DNA from: an uncultured delta proteobacterium
GTDB taxonomy: Bacteria; Myxococcota_A; Polyangia; Polyangiales; Polyangiaceae
DNA: 64,000 nt
Assembly (NCBI GenBank): GCA_963782055.1
Contig: CAWAIF010000003.1
Span: forward strand, 6,240,001 to 6,304,000
Reading direction: 5' to 3'
Program-made: the position numbers and the translations under genes
The notes under the pieces: model-generated
What the model saw: only the letters and a program-made list of their open reading frames with translations
The model's database searches: none
What the model was told of the DNA's origin: nothing
Part shown: positions 56,781 through 64,000 of the stretch, piece after piece
Layout: the number at the start of each line of letters is the position of its first letter
How positions within the stretch are numbered: the stretch's first letter is position 1

Positions 56781-56894
56781 GCGCCGTCGCGCCCCGCGTC
56801 CCGCGCCGTGTCGCACCCCGCGTCCCGCGACCATCGCTGGAGCGTATCACGCGCGAGACATTCCCCCCGCGGGCTACTAGGATGCGCGGGAGCC

Positions 56895-58958
56895 ATGGAG
56901 AGCGGATATCGCGACGCGGACGCGCGCGCAGCCGTCCAGCGCTACGGCGGCCCGGAGGAGCTCGCGCTGCGCACCTACACCGCGCGCCTGCTCGGCGCCT
57001 CGCCCGCGCTCGTGCTGCACGGCGGGGGCAACACCTCCGCCAAGGGCAAGCTCACCGACCGCTTCGGCGCGGCCCTCGAGGTCCTCTACGTCAAGGGGTC
57101 CGGCTGGGACCTCGCCACCATCGAGCCGCCCGGGCACCCCGCGGTGCGCCTGGAGCCCCTGCGCACCCTGCGCGCGCTGGACGCGCTGAGCGACGAGGAC
57201 ATGGTGGCCGAGCTGCGCCACGGCCTCCTCGATCCCTCCGCGCCCACGCCCAGCGTGGAGACGCTGCTCCACGCGTACCTGCCCGCGCGCTTCGTCGATC
57301 ACACGCACGCCGACGCGGTGCTGGCCCTCGCCGACCAGCCCGACGGCGAGCGCATCTGCCGCGAGGTCTACGGCGCCGGCCTGGTGTGGATCCCGTACGT
57401 GATGCCCGGCTTCGCCCTCGCCCGGCGCGTCGCGGACGCCTTCGACGCCGCGGCCGCCTCCGGCGCAACCCCGAAGGTCATCGTCCTGGAGCGCCACGGC
57501 GTCTTCACCTTCGGCGAGAGCGCGAAGGAGAGCTACGAGCGGATGATCCACGCGGTCACGCTGGCGGAGCGCGCCATCGCCGACAAGCGCCGCACCGTCG
57601 CCACCACCGCGATGCACCGCACGCAGGGCCTGGAGTCGCGCGTGCTGCCCCGCCTGCGGGGCGTCCTCGCCCGCCTCGCCGGAGACCCGCCGGAGCGCGG
57701 GCCCATCGTCACCGTGCGCTCCGCCGACGCGGTGCAGGACTTCCTTGCCCGGCGCGACGGGGTCGAGCTCTCGCAGACCGGCTGCGCCACGCCCGACCAC
57801 GTCATCCGCACCAAGCCCACCGCGCTCTTCGTGGACAACCCCGACTACGGCGACCTGGACGCGCTCGCCCGTCGGCTGGAGGAGGAGGCCACCGCCTACG
57901 CCCGCCGCTACGACGAGTACTTCGCGCGCATGTGCGCCGAGAAGGGCGTGACGAAGAAGAAGCTCGACCCCTGGCCGCGCGTCGTCCTGCTCCCCGGCTT
58001 CGGCGCGTGCACCGTGGGCGCCACCCTCGCCCAGGCGAACGTCGTCGGCGACGTGTACGAGCACACCATCTCGGTGATGACCGACGCCGCGGACATCGGC
58101 CGCTACGCGCCCGTCTCCATGTCCGACCTCTTCGACGTGGAGTACTGGAGCCTGGAGCAGGCGAAGATGAAGCCCGCGCAGCGCCTCCCGCTCGGCGGGG
58201 CCGTCGCGCTGATCACCGGGGCGGCGTCGGGCATCGGCCGGGCGACCGCGGAGCTCTTCGTCGCGCAGGGCGCGCACGTGGTGCTGGTCGACCGCGACGC
58301 GCCTGCGCTGGAGCAGGCCCGCGCGGCGATCGGCAAGCCCTCGCAGACCGTCGCGCACCGCGCCGACGTGACCATCGAGGGTGACGTGCGCGCCGCGGTC
58401 GCCCTCGCCGCCCGGACCTTCGGCGGGCTGGACGTGGTCGTCTCCAACGCGGGCACCGCCCCGCAGGGACGACTGGACACGCCCGACGGCGCGGAGGCGC
58501 TGCGCGCGTCCCTGGAGGTGAACCTGCTCGCGCACAACCACGTGGCGAAGGCGGCGGCGGAGGTGATGCTCGCGCAGGGCCGGGGCGGCGCGCTGCTCTT
58601 CAACGCGAGCAAGAGCGCCTTCAACCAGGGCCCCGGCTTCGGGCCGTACGCCGTGGCCAAGGCGGCGCTCGTCTCCCTGATGAAGCAGTACGCCGTGGAC
58701 CTGGGCAAGATGGGCTTGCGCACCGGCGCGGTGAACGCCGACCGCGTGCGCACCAGGCTCTTCGCCGGCGGCGTGGCGGAGGCGCGCGCCAAGGCGCGTG
58801 GCGTCCCCGTCGACGAGTACTTCCGCGCCAACCTCCTCGGCCGCGAGGTGCTGGCGAGCGACGTCGCGCAGGCCTTCTCCTACCTCGCGCAGGCGCGCGC
58901 CACGACCGGCTGCGTGATCACCGTCGACGGCGGCAACGCCGCCGCCTTCCCCCGGTAG
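56895..58958 (+). CDS. Bifunctional class II aldolase/short-chain dehydrogenase
   Basis: GGGNTS, VKGSGWDL, PSVETLLH, HTHAD, TPDH, EYWSLEQAK, TGAASGIG, YAVAK. Confidence 0.92.
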   Translation: MESGYRDADARAAVQRYGGPEELALRTYTARLLGASPALVLHGGGNTSAKGKLTDRFGAALEVLYVKGSGWDLATIEPPGHPAVRLEPLRTLRALDALSDEDMVAELRHGLLDPSAPTPSVETLLHAYLPARFVDHTHADAVLALADQPDGERICREVYGAGLVWIPYVMPGFALARRVADAFDAAAASGATPKVIVLERHGVFTFGESAKESYERMIHAVTLAERAIADKRRTVATTAMHRTQGLESRVLPRLRGVLARLAGDPPERGPIVTVRSADAVQDFLARRDGVELSQTGCATPDHVIRTKPTALFVDNPDYGDLDALARRLEEEATAYARRYDEYFARMCAEKGVTKKKLDPWPRVVLLPGFGACTVGATLAQANVVGDVYEHTISVMTDAADIGRYAPVSMSDLFDVEYWSLEQAKMKPAQRLPLGGAVALITGAASGIGRATAELFVAQGAHVVLVDRDAPALEQARAAIGKPSQTVAHRADVTIEGDVRAAVALAARTFGGLDVVVSNAGTAPQGRLDTPDGAEALRASLEVNLLAHNHVAKAAAEVMLAQGRGGALLFNASKSAFNQGPGFGPYAVAKAALVSLMKQYAVDLGKMGLRTGAVNADRVRTRLFAGGVAEARAKARGVPVDEYFRANLLGREVLASDVAQAFSYLAQARATTGCVITVDGGNAAAFPR

Positions 58959-59107
58959 CCCCCTGGCCCTCGCTCATCGCCGAGGGCCGAGCCTCGGTCC
59001 ACTTCGATCAGCGCCCCGATGACGCGGTCGAACCCATCCTCCTACATTCTGATCTTGCTGTTCACGACGCCCACGACGCCCCACGACCGACGCGTACGAC
59101 GGAGAGG

Positions 59108-61036
59108 TCAGAAGCGGACCGTCAGCTCCGCCCGCGCGCCCTCGTACGCGGGGAAGAAGCGGCACACCCCGCTCACGCACTTCAGGCCCGGGCGCTGCTG
59201 GCCGACGAGCACCTTCAGGTTGGAGTCCGCCGTGAAGCGGTACAGCACCCCCGCGTTGATGTAGAGCCAGGGCGGGTAGCCGTAGGTCGGCGGCAGGTTC
59301 TTCGTCGTGTACTCGATGCCCTGCGTGATGACCCACTTGGGGGCGATCTTGAGGGCGGTGTAGTTCTCCCCCTCGACCCAGTACTGCGGCGCGCTGGTGC
59401 CCTGGAAGTTCTGGTTGTCCTCCCAGCGCACGCGGTGGCGGCCCGTCAGCTCCACCGAGATGGGGCCCTTGATGTGCTTGGAGAAGGTGTAGGTGATCTC
59501 CGACTGCCGGTAGAAGGGCTCGCCGGTGGCCTTCACGTCGTTGCGCGCGCCGATGGTCGCGTACAGGTAGCTCGTGTTGTCGTCGAAGTCGTACTGGATG
59601 CCGGAGAGGCCGTCGAAGACCTGGTTCTCGTACTCCCGCGGGTCCTGCCCCGCGGGCACGATGATGCTGCCGTCGCGGGTGCAGCGCGCGTTTTGCTCGG
59701 TCTTCGTGTAGGCGTAGATGCCCTGCAGGTAGACGAGCATGTCCTTCGAGACGCGCACGTCACTGCGGATGCGCCCGCCATCGACGCAGGCGTTGAAGAA
59801 GCCGTACTGGTTGTCCTGGGTGATGACCTCGGTCGTGGGCGTCGTGGCGTAGAAGACGTTGCTGAAGGCGGAGGCCTTCGTCGCGTTGAGCGAGGCGTCC
59901 ACGCTGTAGAAGTTGCGGTTGCTCTTGAGCTCGACGGTGTTGGTCACAGGGCCCACGCTGCCGGAGTACGCGGCGTAGATGGCGTTGCCCTGGTCGTCCA
60001 TGCTCGGGTCGAGCGCGCTGCGGTTCTGGATCGCGCCGACGACGTAGAGGTTCCCCAGCGGGCCGAGCTTCGGCACCTCCATGCTCTGCGCGACGGTGGT
60101 GGTGGACTGCGACTGCCGGGTGCGGCTGGTGTTGTCGGCGATGGAGTCCAGCCACGTCGCCTCGTAGCCGGCGTCGCAGTAGCCGATCTCGCGCAGCAGC
60201 GGCCCCTCGTCGTAGATGCGCGAGGTGCCGGCGTAATACTGGTAGGGCGCGCAGCGGGTGAAGTTGGACGCGCTGGTCCCGAAGACGACGGGGCCGCCCT
60301 GGCCCCCCTTGATCTCCCCGGCGATGACGTGGTCGGAGCCGAAGACCGGGAACGGAAGGTTGGACTCGTAGGCCGGGTTGGTCGACGGCACCGTCTTGGA
60401 GAGGAAGAGCGAGCGCCCGGAGGGCTCGTCGATGCGCGATGGGTTCATGTACCCGCCGACGAGCGTGAAGGCGAAGGGGCCCTTGGTGATGGCGACCTTC
60501 GCCCCGCGCACGGTGGTGTCCAGGCCCAGGTCGTCCACCTTGCGGGCGGTGATGACCAGGCCGCGCGCGAGCTGGACGTAGGCGTCGCCCACGGTGAGCT
60601 CGACGCCCGGCGCGTTGTAGGTGACCCACATCTTCGCGGGGTAGATCGCGTTCTGGAAGCGCGTCAGGTCGTCCGACTGCACGCGCGAGGAGTCGGCGAA
60701 CTGGTCCATCGACGCGGGCGTGTTCCAGTAGACGACGGAGTCCAGCCGCAGGCCGACGGTGATCTTGTTCCAGATGAGCGAGGCGTTGAGCCGATTGAGC
60801 CACTGCCCCCACGGGCCGCCCCCGTCCACGTCCAGATCCTGCGGCGCCACGGTGAGGCCCAGCCCGCCGGCTGTCTGCACGCGCTGCGAGAGGATGGAGA
60901 CCTCGGTGACGTCGAGGGTGAGCGGCTTCTTCAGCAGCTTGGGCAGCTCGAGCGCGCGCGCGGGCGCAGGCCACACCGCCGCGGCCGTTGCCACGACGAG
61001 CGCGCATACCCCCCGGCATGCCCTCGCCAGCCTCAC
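59108..61036 (-). CDS. Outer-membrane beta-barrel protein (DUF6029-like)
   Basis: Signal peptide, GDAYVQLARG, C-terminal GLKCVSGVCRFFPAYEGARAELTVRF. Confidence 0.65.
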   Translation of the reverse strand: MRLARACRGVCALVVATAAAVWPAPARALELPKLLKKPLTLDVTEVSILSQRVQTAGGLGLTVAPQDLDVDGGGPWGQWLNRLNASLIWNKITVGLRLDSVVYWNTPASMDQFADSSRVQSDDLTRFQNAIYPAKMWVTYNAPGVELTVGDAYVQLARGLVITARKVDDLGLDTTVRGAKVAITKGPFAFTLVGGYMNPSRIDEPSGRSLFLSKTVPSTNPAYESNLPFPVFGSDHVIAGEIKGGQGGPVVFGTSASNFTRCAPYQYYAGTSRIYDEGPLLREIGYCDAGYEATWLDSIADNTSRTRQSQSTTTVAQSMEVPKLGPLGNLYVVGAIQNRSALDPSMDDQGNAIYAAYSGSVGPVTNTVELKSNRNFYSVDASLNATKASAFSNVFYATTPTTEVITQDNQYGFFNACVDGGRIRSDVRVSKDMLVYLQGIYAYTKTEQNARCTRDGSIIVPAGQDPREYENQVFDGLSGIQYDFDDNTSYLYATIGARNDVKATGEPFYRQSEITYTFSKHIKGPISVELTGRHRVRWEDNQNFQGTSAPQYWVEGENYTALKIAPKWVITQGIEYTTKNLPPTYGYPPWLYINAGVLYRFTADSNLKVLVGQQRPGLKCVSGVCRFFPAYEGARAELTVRF

Positions 61037-61103
61037 GAGGCGAGATCATTACTTGGCCGCGGGGGCGAGGTCGAGACCTTAGCTACGCCGCGCCGCGGCG
61101 TGG

Positions 61104-61706
61104 TCAATTGGCGGCGGTGGGCGGCCCTGCGGGCGCGGCGCTGGCGGCGGGTGGCGGCGCCGCGGAGGCGGCTAGCGTCTTGAGCACGTCCTGCTTCACC
61201 AGCACCTCGTCGCCGGGGTTGTAGCCCTCCCGGACGGCGACCACGCGACCGGCGCGGTTGATGATGACGCTGAGCGGCGCGCTCTTGCGCGGGTTGTAGA
61301 TGCTCGCGATGCGCGAGTCCTCGTCCAGCAGGACGGGGAAGGTCATCTGGTTGCGCTTGGCGAAGGCGGGCACGTCGGCGATGGTGTCCGGCCCGTCCAT
61401 CGACACGGCGACGACCAGGAAGCCCTGCGACTTGTAGTCGTCGTAGAGGCGCTGCAGGTGCGGCATCTCGGCGAGGCACGGCTGGCACCACGTCGCCCAG
61501 AAGTCGATGAGGATGACCTGCTTGCCGAGGTGATCGCTCAGGCGGAAGGTGTTGCCGTCGGCGTCCTGCGTGGTGAAGTCGGTGGCCGCGGAGCCGCCCT
61601 TGACGTCCCCCGAGCCGTCGCTCGCGCTCTTGACGTCCTCGCCACAGCCCAAAATGAGCGCGAGCGCCACGAGGGCGCCCGCGCGGACGATGCTGTCTCT
61701 GGTCAT
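61104..61706 (-). CDS. TlpA-family thiol-disulfide reductase lipoprotein
   Basis: ILGC, DFWATWCQPCLAEMP. Confidence 0.9.
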   Translation of the reverse strand: MTRDSIVRAGALVALALILGCGEDVKSASDGSGDVKGGSAATDFTTQDADGNTFRLSDHLGKQVILIDFWATWCQPCLAEMPHLQRLYDDYKSQGFLVVAVSMDGPDTIADVPAFAKRNQMTFPVLLDEDSRIASIYNPRKSAPLSVIINRAGRVVAVREGYNPGDEVLVKQDVLKTLAASAAPPPAASAAPAGPPTAAN

Positions 61707-61728
61707 GAGTCCGGAAGGAGCGTGGGGC

Positions 61729-62490
61729 TCACTGCTTCGGCGGGTTCGCCGACTCCCAGTTCACCCACGTGAGAACCTCCTGGTCGAGCGAGGGGTTGAA
61801 GCCCACGCCGGCGTCCAGGATCTCCATCGAGCGGGCGTCGATGTTGGCGTTGAAGGGGACCGCTGCTGCGTCGAAGAAGACGCCGAGGTTCTTCACGCCG
61901 GGATCGAGCATCTCGGTGAAGTTGGAGTTGTGGTTGTTGATCCAGATGTTGAGGTCGTTGAGGGTGGCGCCGGTGCCGGTGACCGCGCCGTCGGAGAGCG
62001 CCTGCACGAAGACGACGCCCTTGTCCGCGAGCTCCGCCGCGAAGCCAGGCGCGCCGCTCTTGCCGGAGATGGCGTCCGTCTCCTGGTTGCAGGGCCCGCA
62101 CCACACCGCCGCGACGGTGATGTGGATCACCTTGATGCCGGTGCCGTTCGGCCCGAGCTTGCCGTCGGGGTCGAAGTACTGGGCGAGCGAGATGGTCTTC
62201 GTCCCGTTGGACGTGTCCACCTTCTGCGCGGTGTTGTCCCAGGGGTAGCCGACGAAGGTGAAGTTGCGGATGCGGTTGCCCGGCGTCGTGCCCTTGCGCG
62301 CCGAGGTGCCGAGGTCGGCTGTCGGGTAGCAGGTGCCGTAGGGGTTCTGGTCGGCGGTACCGCAGGTGCCCGTGTTGTTGTCGTTGGTGATCCCCTTGTC
62401 GGGATCGATGGGCGGGGGAGAGGAGCTGCAGCCCACGGTGGAGAAGGAGCTGACGAGCACGGCGGACAGGGCGAGAAGGAGAGGCTTCAT
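61729..62490 (-). CDS. Thioredoxin-fold lipoprotein
   Basis: TVGC lipobox, AAVWCGPCNQE, cis-Pro VP. Confidence 0.8.
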   Translation of the reverse strand: MKPLLLALSAVLVSSFSTVGCSSSPPPIDPDKGITNDNNTGTCGTADQNPYGTCYPTADLGTSARKGTTPGNRIRNFTFVGYPWDNTAQKVDTSNGTKTISLAQYFDPDGKLGPNGTGIKVIHITVAAVWCGPCNQETDAISGKSGAPGFAAELADKGVVFVQALSDGAVTGTGATLNDLNIWINNHNSNFTEMLDPGVKNLGVFFDAAAVPFNANIDARSMEILDAGVGFNPSLDQEVLTWVNWESANPPKQ

Positions 62491-62782
62491 GGTGGTCCCT
62501 CGACGATGGGCTGGAAGCTCAGCCTACCCCTCGCCTGGCGGAAATCAAGGCGCGCGAGCGCTATCGAGTGCTCCTGCGCCGCGTGACTTCGTTGGTGTTC
62601 TTGCGGCGTGAAAATTCTCCAGCCAGCGCGGAGGCAGGCGCACTGCGTCATGCGGGCCGCCAGAGCGCGGCGCACTTGCTTCGCCGCGGCCGGTAGACCC
62701 AGTATAAGCAGCGTCAGGTCCTTCGGGTCGCCGGCCCGCGCCCGCGCGCGGAGGACCTCACACCAGCGCTTAGGAGCCCCGC

Positions 62783-63907
62783 ATGTCCACGACCGCCTCT
62801 CGCCTCGCTGCCTCGTTCGCCATGGGAGCGACCGTCGCGCTCTGGTTCGGCTGCTCCAGCACGCCGCCCGCCGCCGTCTGCGACAGCAGCACGTGCCTCC
62901 AGGGCAACACGTGCATCACCGGGTTCGCCACCTACGAGGACGAGCAGAACAACACCCCCGACACCAAGTGCCGGCTCCAGTGCAGCGCGCCGGAGGACTG
63001 CCCCTTCGACTACCACTGCGTGGCGGGCGGGAAGATGCAGGACGGCGGCGGCGACGCGAGCTACTGCGAGAAGGACAAGAAGGAAGACTTCCTCCCCGGT
63101 GACGGCTACTTCACCAAGGGCCCGGGCGTCTGGGGCGACAAGTGCGACCCCACCAAGGGCTTCGACCAGAACCCCGACTGTGACACGGGGCAGAGCTTCT
63201 GGTGCTACGGGACCTCGCCGACCGACGGCAACTCCTACTGCACGCAGTACCAGTGCGGTGACGACAGCGACTGCCCCGGCGGCTGGTGGTGCGCCACGGT
63301 CAACGACACGCCCAGCGTGACCGCGGTCAAACGCGCGGTGCCGGGCGGGTGGGGCGCCGACCACACCACCTCGGTGTGTATGCCCCGCGTCTACAACGTG
63401 AACCCGGGCACGTACTGCTCGCCCTGCAAGAGCGACCTGGACTGCCCCCTCAACACCGGGATCAAGCAGCACTGCGCCACCACCGACCAGGGCGACCAGG
63501 TGTGCGCCGTCGAGTGCCAGAGCGACAACAACTGCCCCTTCGACCAGCACTGCGGCTCGGTCGACGGCATCGACAGCAACGTGTGCCTGCCCAACGCCGG
63601 CACGTGCAAGCCGACCGGGGACTTCTGCTCGCCGTGCACGTCGGACAAGGACTGCGGGGGCGGCTTCTGCGTGCAGGCGGACTACTCCACCGAGCACTTC
63701 TGCACCGCGCCCTCGGGCACCACGTGCAAGGTCGTCAACAACGCGCTGCAGTCGACGTGCCCCGGCGCGGTCACCGGCGGCGCCGGGGTGACCTGCTCGT
63801 ACAACGCGCTCTTCACCTTCCCGCTCAACCAGTGCGTGGGTCTGTACAACTTCGGCAGCGGGGCGAACGCCAACAAGGTGTTCGGGTGCTGGACCCGCGC
63901 GCATTGA
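62783..63907 (+). CDS. Cys-rich repeat lipoprotein
   Basis: WFGC lipobox, repeated CxxDxDCP units. Confidence 0.8.
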   Translation: MSTTASRLAASFAMGATVALWFGCSSTPPAAVCDSSTCLQGNTCITGFATYEDEQNNTPDTKCRLQCSAPEDCPFDYHCVAGGKMQDGGGDASYCEKDKKEDFLPGDGYFTKGPGVWGDKCDPTKGFDQNPDCDTGQSFWCYGTSPTDGNSYCTQYQCGDDSDCPGGWWCATVNDTPSVTAVKRAVPGGWGADHTTSVCMPRVYNVNPGTYCSPCKSDLDCPLNTGIKQHCATTDQGDQVCAVECQSDNNCPFDQHCGSVDGIDSNVCLPNAGTCKPTGDFCSPCTSDKDCGGGFCVQADYSTEHFCTAPSGTTCKVVNNALQSTCPGAVTGGAGVTCSYNALFTFPLNQCVGLYNFGSGANANKVFGCWTRAH

Positions 63908-64000
63908 GAGGATGTGAGCTTCGCTCACACCCCTCTCACGACTGGTGGCAGGGGCGGCACGCGCCCCCCCTCCCCGCGCCCCTCTACCCTGCCTTGTCCT

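Noticed and set aside
59060..59095. CACGAC(GCC) x3 short tandem repeat
   Set aside because: Too short and irregular; no spacers or cas genes, so not a CRISPR array. No CRISPR array was seen anywhere in the window.

Overview
Very GC-rich DNA whose gene content points to a myxobacterium (Polyangiales/Sorangiineae-like; inferred from MXAN_6640-type protease, MYXO-CTERM-like tails and an M. xanthus-type EPS export set). (1) 1-5935: right end of an island integrated at a tRNA-Val(GAC); it carries an IS66 transposase, a DUF3800 gene, a promoter-bearing tRNA-like RNA with an abnormal anticodon arm, a stand-alone OLD-family ATPase/TOPRIM nuclease and a two-HEPN-motif protein. (2) 9.1-18.6 kb: a two-component pair converging on one minus-strand gene run that joins a lipoprotein hydrolase, a TPP-dependent enzyme and a KAS III (resembling the CybE/CybF furanolide pair) to a rearranged stressosome (rsbT-X-S-sensor-R-T2). 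(3) 19-23 kb: cytochrome c peroxidase, metalloprotease, HmuY. (4) 23-48 kb: a Wzx/Wzy exopolysaccharide cluster with sigma54 promoters and an ACP/acyl-ligase/AsnB/NadE-like module. (5) 48-64 kb: ECF sigma/FecR cassette with a readable shared promoter motif, diheme cytochrome, tRNA-Val(GAC) with C33, aldolase/SDR, a redoxin/beta-barrel operon and Cys-rich surface proteins. Best candidates for an undescribed system: the tRNA-mimic/OLD/DUF3800 locus and the furanolide-synthase/stressosome operon. All family calls come from motifs read by eye; no searches were run.
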